Positions 28,401-40,704 of a stretch of 64,000 nt of DNA are shown here, piece after piece. The notes under the pieces are model-generated. The model was not told the origin of the DNA. It saw only the letters and a list, made by a program, of their open reading frames with translations, and did not search any database. The first letter of the stretch is position 1. Every line of letters starts with the position of its first letter. The position numbers and the translations under genes are program-made. Origin of the DNA: Mytilus edulis (Eukaryota); NCBI RefSeq assembly GCF_963676685.1, contig NC_092347.1:6262001-6326000 (forward strand), written 5' to 3'.

Positions 28401-30000
28401 CATATAGCATGTATAACAATAATACTATGAGCATGATGAATCAGGGAGAAGTTGGAAATTTCAAAGAACCATGCAGTTACACAGCAAAACAAAACATCTA
28501 CAAGCCAACATCTGGTATCAGACACATAATTGTCAAGATCTGAATCGCCCTTTGCTTGACTCTATTGATTATAGTAATGAACTGAAAGCATGTACAATGT
28601 ACCTGTCTAAATGTATTTAAATAGAGGGTAAATCTATAATCTCCTTTTCAAAGAATTCCAAGATATTGCTGAAAGAATTTATGAGAAATGAAAAAAAATA
28701 ATTACTTTAAAAATTTACTCTTACTAAACTGAGTTGATGCAGACATGATAAAGTGATACTGGATGATAGGCCAAGCTTAGACTTACTCATAAATTTTCCT
28801 TGACAGAATAAATAAAACCAAAGCAAAGTGTATGGTACCATCCCAGTAGTTGATCATAGTTCCAAAAGGAGTTTTCAGATAAGGTTCTCCCTGCAGAAGG
28901 TAGAAATGCATGTATTTCCCAATGTAACCATCATTCTCTAAGGCAACAGTTGTATCCACTAAAGAAGCAAAAAGGAAAATACTCCAAACTGAAATGTATA
29001 AATAAACAAACATGAGGTGCATTGTTCTTCATGTACATGTAGTAATGATATACAACTTTTAAGCATAGCCAAAAATCCATGGAGCTTACAACATGTACAA
29101 TTTCAAAATTCAAATAGTTATAAGATGTCATAATAAAAAATTCTGCGCCCTGAAAAAGTTATCAACATTTCAAATTTAAGTGACAAAACTGATTTGAAAT
29201 AAAGAGCACTAGAAAAAATAGTCATGTCCGTTAAGTCTGTCGGTCTGGTAACTCCATCCATCCCATAACTCTGCCCCTTTACTCTCTTGTGCCTTTCTTC
29301 CAAAATTATTTCGTCTGCTATATTATTTTAACTTTAGACATGTTAGAGAAGAAACCCGTTTGTTTACATCAGATCAAAGGGAGACAATGCAAGTAGATAC
29401 CCATGAAAAAGAAAAGTGCAAAACACTACATTTTCCAACTTTAAATTAGGTCATTATATGGTTTTCAAAAGTCATTTTCGGCTACCATTAGCGTCAAATT
29501 GGTTAAAATTTTACTGTGATGTACTTAAAAATATCCTTATCGTTATTCAACAGAGGTCTTAAATAAATATCGTTAGAGTCATTTAGGTGTTAAAATCATT
29601 CATTTTTTTTTATCATCTAAACGAAAGTGTACATTTTATTGTCATGCACCAAAAATAATTAGTTAACGTCATTTGACAAGAATTTTTTTACCATTATTTG
29701 TCATGAAGGTACCCCCAAAAATTATTTACTACCCTCAAGATGGCATAACAACATGAAACCATTAAGTGAAAAAATCTCATTTAGAGAGCAGGAATATTTA
29801 CCGTTGTAAAAAGGGTCATGTTTTGGTGGACCGTCACTGAAATACAACCGAGGTACCAGGAAAACGACAAGCAGAGACACGACGCCTACTGCAAATATTG
29901 CTGCTGCATTGTCTACTCCACCAATCACTTTCATCAACAGTAGAATGGGAAATGCTAAACATGCTGAAAGGACTGACACCTGAAATCTTGTTAATACCAT
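19478..30000 (-). CDS. TM6SF1: Transmembrane 6 superfamily (TM6SF1/2-like, two EXPERA domains), about 384 aa
   Basis: Exons 30000-29802, [28988-28787 or 27444-27243], 24718-24636, 23855-23764, 23096-22980, 22710-22618, 21756-21631 and 19720-19478 total 1155 nt in frame with GT/AG ends. Motifs LENDG, GEPYLKT, YWDG, LYWCGSI, LLNVPY, FPKMQMLVYLFY, FHAGAAAQAQF, HSRT. Symbol is nominal (likely co-orthologue of TM6SF1 and TM6SF2). Confidence 0.9.
21412..21560. repeat. Long imperfect palindrome (~70-bp arms), terminal hairpin of a non-autonomous element, in the last TM6SF intron
   Basis: attgaatgc...tgtaaaagcgttgaccg...gtatgaagcgcttccgcgcttcatac...cggtcaacgcttttaca...gcattcaat. Confidence 0.7.
26447..27104. 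mobile_element. MITE with ~25-bp TIRs and 5-bp TSD (ATTAT)
   Basis: cagtcagagctcagacataaacaagtc ... gacttatttatgtctgagctctgactg, with ATTAT on both sides (26442-26446, 27105-27109). Confidence 0.8.
27243..27444 (-). CDS. TM6SF alternative exon 2B (202 nt, mutually exclusive)
   Basis: ttgtag acceptor, gtaagt donor, phase 1 to 2. WSILLFSSMVDVVIALENDG...ICYWDGSVHF. Confidence 0.85.
28787..28988 (-). CDS. TM6SF alternative exon 2A (202 nt, mutually exclusive)
   Basis: tttcag acceptor, gtaagt donor, phase 1 to 2. WSIFLFASLVDTTVALENDG...INYWDGTIHF. Confidence 0.85.
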
Positions 30001-30474
30001 TGCGCTTTATATTTTATCTTCATACGAGGCGATGTTATCGTATGATATCAATTTCTGACCGCGTCCTACTTTTTTGAATATATATCTAATTACTTCTTAA
30101 TTTTTAATGTGTATTTGGCTATTTATAAACGCATACTTGATTAAATGGGTATAAAGTAAACTTGTGTCAATGACGGGTATGGAATTCCTTTCCGGAATGA
30201 ATTCCGTATTTTACTAAAATAACTATACTTTACATTTCTCTAGCTCTTCCTACTTTAAAGTAAAAAATTGTTGCCAGTTTAATGACTATAAAAATAAAAG
30301 TGCATATCATTCACATTTAAAAGTGGTTAGTTAGAAAAAGAAAACTTTTGAAAACTTAATAAACTTTTAAAAGTTTCTTATTAGCACATTTAAGGTAATC
30401 TTGATAAGTAAAGGTATAGTTTACTATGTAATTAAGTTATTATTATAACCAGCTGGTGTAAGTCAGATATCATA
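30001..30474. promoter_or_regulatory. Putative bidirectional promoter and 5' UTRs of TM6SF (-) and SWEET (+)
   Basis: Divergent ATGs 474 bp apart (30000 and 30475). ETS-like ttccgga near 30190, candidate UTR donor gtatgg at 30177, acceptor ccag at 30452. Confidence 0.55.
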
Positions 30475-33400
30475 ATGGACACGTTTGTTATTGTTGAGAA
30501 ACTAACACAAGGTCTAACTGTAATAGCATTAGCAAGTGGCATGTAAGTTCAAGACAAAGTTTTAATATGTCATTGTGAATGTGTATACATGTATTTATAT
30601 CAATGACAGTTGATTACATTTGTGTGTGGCTTTATCATTTATTGAGATGCAGTCTTTCTGAAATAAGGTCAAAAGCTACATGCTCTACTTATACCTTTGA
30701 AACATCCTCTTACTGTAGAGATTTACTTTATGTTACTAACATACTAAAAGTTTCGAGTTGTGATTTAGAAAATAATTGAGTTCTGAGTTACAAAAGTTGA
30801 TTGGCAAGTAATTTGAGACTAAGCATGCTTAGGTTGCAAGTTGTAAAAGTAAAATTATGAGTTACAACAGACTAACAGTTGAGTTACTGGTTGAAAGTTA
30901 TAGAAATTATGGTGCAAGTTAATTACCTAAGTCAAGGACGTATAACATATACGTCCTTGCCTAAGTCAAGTTGCAAGTTTAGAAAACGAGTTGTTCTAAA
31001 GTCAAAACATAGTCTAGTAAGGCAGCAACCATTTGATTTTCGGGGGGGGGGGGGACAAAAATTGTTTGTTTCACCCTCAGCTGCCACTATATGTAATCAG
31101 GGGCGGATTTAGGCGGGGGCGTGGCGGGCGTGCGCCCCCCCTAAAATTTGCAAAGCATGGGTTGTCCTCAGCTCAATAAAATATCTGAACAGACAACGAA
31201 TATTAATGTCGTCGCATTGCATCTGTTTTAACATTCAAAGAAGTATATAAAACAGTAAGTTTAACAGAATCAACGTGATTACTAATAAACTGACCTACGG
31301 TTTATTTACAAGTTCTATAAATATATTATACTTCATCGCGGTACTGCGTTTGTGTACAATTGTGACATGGCATTCATGCTAGTTGCGGATTTTATAAACA
31401 ATTTCTTTGATAATTGAAGTTCAAAAACAACCCTACCTCACTTTCCCACGAAGTAGGCGAAAGTGCCCTACCCGCGGTTGGGTTGGTTATTTCATTATGG
31501 CACGGCCAAGAAAACAGTCCTGTTTAAATTATTTCTTGATGAAAGATAGCCTAGGAATACTGGTTCAAGCGAAAGGTTCGTTTATTAATTTGTATCATTG
31601 TTTAATATCTCTGTATGATATCAATATATGTTTCTCACTTTCAACCTGTAAAGTTTGCCGAAGCATGCATAAATGGTCAAGGCCCCAACCCGTACTACCG
31701 TATTACATAGGATCCCACGAAAATAAACATATCTTCGCAATGACCTCATTCTGATTTTACTGGTTTGCGGTAGAAATGTATATAAAAAGTTTGACACGAC
31801 CTCCGGAAATAGAAGAAAAGAAAAATTAAGAAAAGACAATTAAAAATCGCTGGCAAAAGTAGAAATTCTTGTTTTCAAAATCTTATATTGGTCGGTGAGC
31901 TATTATTGAGTCAATGAATAGAAGCTCGCAGATTTCTTGTTAATTATGGTGATTGCAGATTGTCAGGGGTGGATTTATGCGGGTTTAGCTTGAACTTAAA
32001 TTCCTCGCTGATTTTACCACAGAATATTTATTTCTCGCCACGCTTGGCAAGATATCTACATTGCACCCTCTCTAGAAGAATATTTCAATACTTTCCATAA
32101 TAATACCTCAAAAAAAAATTATCCTCGCTCCGCTTGGCAGAAATTTAAGCTTGCGCCCCCCATAACCGAAAATCCTGGATCCGCCCCTGGTAATGCTAAA
32201 ATTGAAAGAAAATGTTTTTTCTGACTTGTCGCCAAAAAAATATATTGTCTTTCGCCAAAGGCGAAAAAAAAAGTTTGTCCAGAAACCCCCCCCCCCCCCC
32301 CCCCTCTTTTTTTTGGACGATCAATGCATTTGAATGGGGACATGTAATTGGAACCCCCCTTTGTCCTGGGTTAGGACCCCCCCCCCCTTTTTAAAATGGC
32401 TGGATCCGCCCCTGATCTGAGATAACAGTTAACAACAACTTGAAAAGGGCCAAAACAGGTTAACCATGTTAACATAAAAAGGTGAGAAAAAAATGTTTGT
32501 CCAGAAAAAAAATCCATAGCCCCCCCCCCCCCCCCCCAGAAAATCAAATGGTTGCTGCCTAATGTGACCAAGTTTAAGAAAGTTGAGTTTGGAGTAATAA
32601 AAGCTATCTTTAGAAAGTTTAAAACATTTTAAAATATAAATGATTGATATATTATATGAGGAGGGGCAATAGGGGGTCCGTTACCATGTTAACAACACCT
32701 AGATCTAGGCAAAAACAGTTAACAAAAATGCAAAAATGCTGATAACAGTTACCAAAGTGGGTTAAAAACAGTTAACAGCTTTAATTTATCTGAGATAACA
32801 GTTAACAACACCTTGAAAAGGGCCAAAACAGGTTAACATAAAAAGGTATTGCCCCCCCCCCCCCCCCCCCCCCCTCTCTTATATATATCACTCATGTATG
32901 TAAGCAGATTGACATGATCGATATGGTCTAATAAATTTTGAATGAGAAATTAACCCATTTTCTGGAGGAAAACTGGCCTTTTAGGACAATCAAGATTGTT
33001 AGCTGAGCAACATTGCAGTGAAGAGGTTCTAACTCCAAACAAGGGAAATAACCTGCTTCAAATTATAATTTTAGAGTAAAATTTAATGATTCTGAAAATG
33101 AGTTTCTGTAAAGGGCAATGAGAACTCCCTAATTATTATAATAATGATAATGACACCTTAGAGGTTAACCTGTATATTGAATGTATTTTATATAAAGTTC
33201 AAGCTCTAAAATACTTCAAAAATAAAAAAGGCTGTTACAGTAATATTAAATCTATCAGAGACTTCTAAAATCTCTCTTCAAATGATTATTCATTAATGTA
33301 TACAACTGAACATCTTAAATATGAATATATTTTATTTCTAATTTCAGACCACCATGTATTCACATGATAAAGACTGGTATCACAAAAAATGTTCCTTTTA

Positions 33401-36400
33401 TTTTCTTTTTTCTCGGAATGATGAAGTAAGTATACGAGTAAGGAGACATGGTATGATTGCAATTAAGTGAGACAACTATCCACTAGAAGAGTGATTGTTT
33501 GTGGAAAATAAAGGAAACGTACTGTACGTACACTTTGGCCTTCAAAATGAGCAAATCATTATATTCAATATTATTGCAGTTATTACTAGAATATAAACTT
33601 AGAATATAAGTTCAGTTTTGTTTACTGTTGCTAAAGTTAATAAACAGTTTTAAACTTCTTTTATTTCTAATTTTAGATGTTTGTGTTTAATTGTTTCTAT
33701 TGGTAAAAGTTTTGTGTATTCTCGTTCTAAAATAACATTGTTTTAATTCAAAATTTTACATTCTTTCAAAATTTAAACATCTATCACCTTCAAAAATGAG
33801 CAAAATTCATATCAAGTCAAATAGCTATACAAGGTCCTGAAATGACAAATATAAATCATTTCAAACATTTGTCAAACATGTCAAGTGAGAAAACTTAAAT
33901 GGCTTGATTTATGTGCATATACAAAACAATGTACAAACAAACGACAACCACTGATTGCAATACAGGCTCCTGGATTGAGACAGGCACATACAGAAATTGG
34001 GGTGTGGTTGAACATGTTTGTTCAGGTGCCAAACTCTCCCCCTTATATGGGACATAGGAACAAACTGTAGAATTAGTTGAAAAGGTTTAACCCATGAGAT
34101 CCATACAAAGGATGTAAAAACCTTAAAAAAACTGAAAAACTATAAAAGTTATAAAAATCATGTACTAGTAATTTGCTCTGATAAGCAAAGGACATACATA
34201 CTTATATTACATGTAAGTTCCTTGATCATGTTGTTTGACTTTTAGCCAAGAAATCTAACCATAAAGATATAGATATCCTTGTAAATCACATGGGAGTTAA
34301 CTCTTTTTAAAACAAAAAAAATCTCATGTTGTTTGACTTTTAGCCAAGAAATCTAACCATAAAGATATAGATATCCTTGTAAATCACATGGGAGTTAACT
34401 CTTTTTAAAACAAAAAAAATCTCATGTTGTTCGAATCTTAGCCAAGAAACCCTAACCATAAAGATATAGATATCCTTGTAAATCACATTGGAGTTAACTC
34501 TATTTAAAACAAAAAAAAATCTCATGTTGTTTGACTCTTAGCCAAGAAACCTTAACCATAAAGATATAGATATCCTTGTAAATCACATGGGAGTTAACTC
34601 TATTTAAAACAAAAAAAATCTCATGTTGTTTGACTTTAGCCAAGAAACCCTAACCATAAAGATATAGATATCCTTGTAATTCACATGGGAGTTAACTCTA
34701 TTTAAAACAAAAAAAATCTCATGTTGTTTGACTTTTAGCCAAGAAACCCTAACCATAAAGATATAGATATCCTTGTAAATCACATGGGAGTTAACTCTAT
34801 TTAAAACAAAAAAAATTTCATGTTGTTCGAATCTCAGCCAAGAAACCCTAACCATAAAGATATAGATATCCTTGTAAATCACATGGGAGTTAACTCTATT
34901 TAAAACAAAAAAAATCTCATGTTGTTTGACTTTTAGCCAAGAAACCCTAACCATAAAGATATAGATATCCTTGTAAATCACATGGGAGTTAACTCTATTT
35001 AAAACAAAAAAAATTTCATGTTGTTCGATTCTTAGCCAAGAAACCCTAACCATAAAGATATAGATATCCTTGTAAATCACATGGGAGTTAACTCTATTTA
35101 AAACAAAAAAAATCTCATGTTGTTTGACTTTTAGCCAAGAAACCCTAACCATAAAGATATAGATATCCTTGTAAATCACATGGGAGTTAACTCTATTTAA
35201 AACAAAAAAAATCTCATGTTGTTCGAATCTTAGCCAAGAAACCCTAACCATAAAGATATAGATATCCTTGTAATTCACATGGGAGTTAACTCTATTTAAA
35301 ACAAAAAAAATCTCATGTTGTTTGACTTTTAGCCAAGAAACCCTTACCATAAAGATATAGATATCCTTGTAAATCACATGGGAGTTAACTCTATTTAAAA
35401 CAAAAAAAATCTCATGTTGTTCGAATCTTAGCCAAGAAACCCTAACCATAAAGATATAGATATCCTTGTAAATCACATGGGAGTTAACTCTATTTAAAAC
35501 AAAAAAAATCTCATGTTGTTTGACTTTTAGCCAAGAAACCCTAACCATAAAGATATAGATATCCTTGTAAATCACATGGGAGTTAACTCTATTTAAAACA
35601 AAATCTGCTGATACCCATGCAAAATTGTAATTCATCATTTATTTTACATGATTAGAATACCTCAGACTCCATGGAAGAGAAGCAGTATATAATAAAAACT
35701 GTTTTATTTGAACCAGTAGGGAATTGAAATCATTACCACCTGCAATCTACCATGAGATTGAGCACACACACTATTCAATTATTAATCTCTATAGATTCAT
35801 TTATTTTCATGGGTACCAATTTTCCCCACTATTGTGGAAAACAATCTGTGAACAATTTATATAACAGTCAGTATAACAGTGAGTTATATGCTATCCAATG
35901 CTACCTTACTGTACTATACACTTAACACCAACTTTAATATTGATGTTTTGTGAACAATTTATGGGTTTATATATTCAATGCTATTTACTGTACCATATAC
36001 TTAACATCAACTTATTGATTTATTTTCAGTGGTGTGGTGGGAACTATTTATGGTTTAATGATATCCAATGTCACCTTATTGTACAATACACTTAACATCA
36101 ACTAATTGATATATTTACAGTGGTGTGGTAGGAACAATTTATGGTTTAATGATATCCAATGCTATATTACTGTACCATACACTTAACATCAACTGATTGA
36201 TTTATTTTCAGTGGTGTGGTGGGAACTATTTATGGTTTAATGATATCCAATGCTACATTATTGTACATCAACCTTTTAGCCATGATCATGAGTGCTGTAG
36301 GTGTGGTCTCGTACATTGCCATGACAAAATCAAAGGTAATTTGAAGTTAAATAAACTTCATATATTTTATACATGTACAATGGTATTATACTAGCTTGTT

Positions 36401-38790
36401 TACTACAGAGATTGTAATTTTGTGCAACATAAAATGTTCAAATATCCTGACTGACTACAGTTCCCATCAACCTCTAGATCTGTACTGAGCTCATGATAAC
36501 TTGTATATATCTTGTTCCAACCTAAATAAAATTGACTACATACATTCTAAGAATTTACTTACAAATCAAAACACATCTGTGGAAACAATAAAGAATCAAA
36601 CAAGTTATTTATTTGGCAACAATGTTTTCACTATCCTGTAATTAACTAGGACTGGAATTCAATTTGTCCTAGAAAAAAATAATCATTTTCAATGGACACA
36701 TTTTTCAAGAAAGTCACAGAGTATAAAGCATGAGCATCAATTAACTTCAATTTAAAAAAAAATGGATTATATGTATAGCTTAAGATTATTGGAATATTCA
36801 GAACTTTGTGAGTTTATCTTGTGTCCAATTACTATTTCAGAGTAAACCAATGCTTCAGGTGTTATTTGGATCAATATTTTTATTACTAAACCACTGGTAT
36901 TGTGTGCGTATTGTGGTGCATGAAGGACAAGTTACAGAACAGTATGGACTTATGATGTTCTTCATCAGTTTAGTACTCCTAGCATCACCTGCTTTAGAAG
37001 TGGTATGACTTAAAAGTTTGCTTTCTACCTATAGAAAAGTGTGAGCTATGATAATCTGTTTGTTAACTTTTCTCTATTTAATCTTCATCATTGTAAACTA
37101 CGGTATAAAGTCAATCTCATTCTTCTAAGACCTTTTAAATATCAGCTTTTTCTTAAAAAAAATGACTAGAAATGAAAGTGTTAGTGTATTAATTTCATTT
37201 CAAGAGACATAATTCCAGTAACTTGTGTAAAAACAAATTGATCAGATCTGAAACATTGTCCAAAACAATTGCTGATATGTAAGTTTCATAAATACCAAGC
37301 AAGAATTGTACAATATTGAGTCTTACAGCGTAATATTCTACAGAATTAACATTTATAACTCCAGTAAAAATAATTGATCAGTACTTATATTAAAACTCAT
37401 GTTAGACATTGATCATATTTAAACCTTTGATATAAATTGGATAAAAAATTGACTCAAGAAAGTTATTTGAAGTAAGAATTGTAAATAAACTTTTTTACCT
37501 ACAGATAGAATGCATGAAAGATAAAAGTGCAGAGGGTATGTCTGTAGCAATGATTGTTGGAAACCTCAGTTGTTCTTTAGCCTGGTTGTTTTATGGAATT
37601 CTACTCAAAGATTTCTTTGTCTATGTAAGTCACAAGTTATATCAATATACTCAGTATTCATGCTGTATGACAAAGACATCTATTCACCATTTACACATTT
37701 ACAGTATGGAATAGGACATGATTTCAGTTTAAGCCATCAAGTTAAAGGTTGTTAAAATGTGCCCATGCTAAAACAATCTTGAAAACCCTATTTTTCAATA
37801 TTGTGGATTCATTAATTTTTATGGATTGTGTAAATATTCATGGGTCACTTGTCCCAAGAAAAAAATCCATGAAAATTGGTATCCCATGAATTATAACAAA
37901 TACACAGTACATCTTAATTTAGAATAATGATCTGGTATATTGTACACAACTTTAAAGTATTTTTATTAATATTTGTACAATTACCTTAGACCTTTTATAT
38001 AATAAGAAAATCATGATTTAGAAATACTTCCCTTTCAACCACAACTATATTACCATATAGAATAAGGATATACTTATAATTTCCAACGGTTTGATAGTAT
38101 AGTGGGAAAGTACTGTAATAACAGTACCAGTGAATACTATATTGATACAGGTACTTCTTATGCACACGTATATATACATATCACATGATACTGATATTAA
38201 GCAGGAATATTTTCACTTGTTGGTCACTTCCAGCCAAGCATCAGACTGGACAACAGTGAAATAAATTTCATTTTCAATTGAATTGTTATTCTAATTTGTA
38301 TTTAGTAGGGATTAGATATTTTACTAAAAAGTAACTTGATTTATTACTTATTCCATATAGTATATTTAATTCAGTTATACACAGTCCAAGTGTAACTCTC
38401 GAGGTGGTCTTCTGAGCATTTGGGTTTGGACACAGGTTTCCCACATTTTCCACTTTATTTAAAATGTAGTCTTTTGATAGTTTTTCTATTGAATTCTTTA
38501 ATGAAAGTTTATTTTATTGTGCATTGATATTTATGCTTCATGTATATTGTGTATATCAATTATATTTATATTAATAAAATATGGGGTCCACCAGTATTGC
38601 TGGTCTATTGGCTATATAAATAGTATTGAGTATTTATTAGTATGCCTAGAAATAGTAATTAGTACAGTTGATACCATTATAGATCCTAATGTTATTATTG
38701 CAGGCACCAAACATAGTTGGAGTAGCTACAAACCTTGGAAAAGCTGTTGTAAAGGTCATTTATGGTGGAAAGAAAGATAAAACAGCTTAA
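30475..38790 (+). CDS. SLC50A1: SWEET sugar transporter (SLC50A1-like, two MtN3/saliva repeats), 212 aa
   Basis: Exons 30475-30542, 33348-33425, 36212-36335, 36841-37002, 37505-37624 and 38704-38790 total 639 nt in frame. Motifs NVPF, IYG, YIN, LASP, KSAEGMS, AWLFYGILLKDFFVYAPNIVG. Six-exon layout matches vertebrate SLC50A1 as recalled. Confidence 0.88.
31021..32559. mobile_element. PIF/Harbinger-type MITE (TAA TSD) carrying nested insertions, SWEET intron 1
   Basis: TIRs ggcagcaaccatttgattt / aaatcaaatggttgctgcc flanked by TAA on both sides. Confidence 0.8.
31098..32189. mobile_element. Nested non-autonomous DNA transposon (caggggcggat TIRs, GTAAT TSD)
   Basis: gtaat|caggggcggatt ... ggatccgcccctg|gtaat. 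Confidence 0.8.
34226..35602. repeat. Tandem minisatellite, ~99-bp unit x ~14, with alternating A/B variants
   Basis: tagccaag recurs at 34243, 34341, 34439, 34539, 34637, 34736 and onward. Variants tttgactttt and ttcgaatctt mostly alternate. Confidence 0.95.
35885..36272 (+). repeat. 91-bp tandem repeat spanning the SWEET exon-3 acceptor
   Basis: cag|TGGTGTGGT..GGAAC at 36030, 36121 and 36212 (91-bp spacing), plus two degenerate partial copies at 35885-36000. Confidence 0.9.
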
Positions 38791-39134
38791 TGTTATTTGC
38801 TATTAACAATAACTGTTATAGAAATCATAATGGGTAATGCTTCTATAACGGAAATCAAATATAACATTTACTTGTTGAAATATATTTTAAGTTTGTTTTA
38901 TATGATCAGAAACATGTTTGTCAAGTAAATAACAATGAGACCATCTGAAATAGCCAATAAATAAATTTAAGGAATCTTTTTTGCACTTACATGACTATAA
39001 AATACCATGGTATAAAATAATTATCTAACAACACTAATAACATAACTACACTATTGGTAAAATGGCAAATTCAAATTATTAATATATATAACTGACAAGG
39101 AAATGTCTTTAATTCTGAGTGATTTTATTTGGTA

Positions 39135-39705
39135 AAGGAGTAGGTCCGGTAAGGACCAATTTTGGCCTCAAATTTCAGGTTCATCTTACGAAAGATTTTG
39201 ACCACTTTTTAAACACTTAAGTGTCTATTTCATTTGAATCAATTAATTTATGTGAAAGATTTTAACTGATTTAGTCATTATAAACGATCCGATTCAAGAT
39301 CAAATATGAAAAATCTACCAAATATGCCAAAAAATGTCACTTTTTAGATGATTTTTGTCAAAAATGAAAGTGGCCACATCCGTGTTCATCCTCAACCTTT
39401 ATATATTTTATGTATTATCATAAAATACAACTTACATTTCAATATTAAGGATGAACAAGAATGCGGCCACTTTCGTTTCACACGAAAACTGTCTAAAATT
39501 TAACTAAAATGCTAGAATTGTGAAGATTTCAGTAATTAATGGTGCTAGTACCCGATATATGTGCATTGTATTGTCAAAAACAGCCCATATTTATGTAGCA
39601 GAAGCATTCTACTGTCCAATAAATAACTAAAAGTTTACATTTTAACAATTTTGTAAAACTGCTATATTTTGGGGCCAAAAAGGGGTCTTACTGGACCTAC
39701 TCCTT
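39135..39705. mobile_element. Non-autonomous DNA element with terminal inverted repeats (related termini at 42128-42708)
   Basis: aaggagtaggtccggtaag ... cttactggacctactcctt, plus an internal inverted repeat at ~39365-39475. Confidence 0.75.
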
Positions 39706-40704
39706 TAAAATTTAAAATCTTATTATACCTCCTGCTTTTTGTATGTCTAAGGAAAGCACACATAATTATTAGAATACAAAGCCGCTTTTTTTAAATATCT
39801 TATTGATCTTTTCAGTTAGATAATTTCATCAAAATGTTAAAGTGCCTTAACCCATGTAAAAAATGGCAGGTTTTTTCGTATGACATCCAGTTTTGTGATT
39901 TTGTTTTCTTTAATATTTAAAAGACAAAGAAACTATTTTGTATTTATTACAGGTTACAGTGAAGGAAACTATTGTTCATTTTATTTATTAACTGGTGTTG
40001 AAAAGAATATTACAACTATTTACTGTGATACTTGAAATAATGTTTTTTTTGCTTAACAAATTTATCTTTACAAAATAGTCTAGTCACAAATTGTATAGAT
40101 TTACCATTTTATTCTACTTACACCATATAAATTTTATAGTTTTAACTTGGACAGAAATCAGATTTGCAGACATAAAATGAAGGCTGATTTTATAAATGTA
40201 GGTGCTATTCAGGTGCTAAAAATTTTTTTAACAATATATTTTTATAGGAAATGTTTTGTATCCTCAACATGTTATATGTAAACGAGTAATGTAACACTTG
40301 AAGGAGAAACATATAACGGTGCTTTAATTGAGATATTCTTATTCATCCTCATATACAACTATTTACCTTAATAATATACAGTTGTTACAAAATTCATTTA
40401 GAATTTGATTTGACACTTGCATTTAAATCACATATATTTTAATGATTTTAACTATTTAGAATCAGTAGATATTATAAGACAGTATCAGAGAAGTTGTTAC
40501 ATTTGTTATGTTATGAATAAAATTACTGCCGTTAAATTGTGTATTAAAAATAGGTTGTTATATACATGTACATGATATACAATGTAATTTTTTTTAATAA
40601 ATAAATATTGAATAAAATGTGTTTTACCATTACATTCTATATTTTTAATTACTTGGTTGGGCATCGTAAGTTCGAAAGTATAAATACCATTTTATTTAAT
40701 TTAA

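Noticed and set aside
27243-28988. Second TM6SF gene or assembly duplication explaining the twin exons
   Set aside because: Only this exon is duplicated, the copies are ~29% divergent in protein, and the flanking introns are unrelated.
34604-35638. 344-aa ORF on the - strand with 33-aa repeats
   Set aside because: By-product of a 99-bp (3n) minisatellite lacking stops in one frame. It is antisense in a SWEET intron, the frame breaks in flanking units, and no domain is recognisable.
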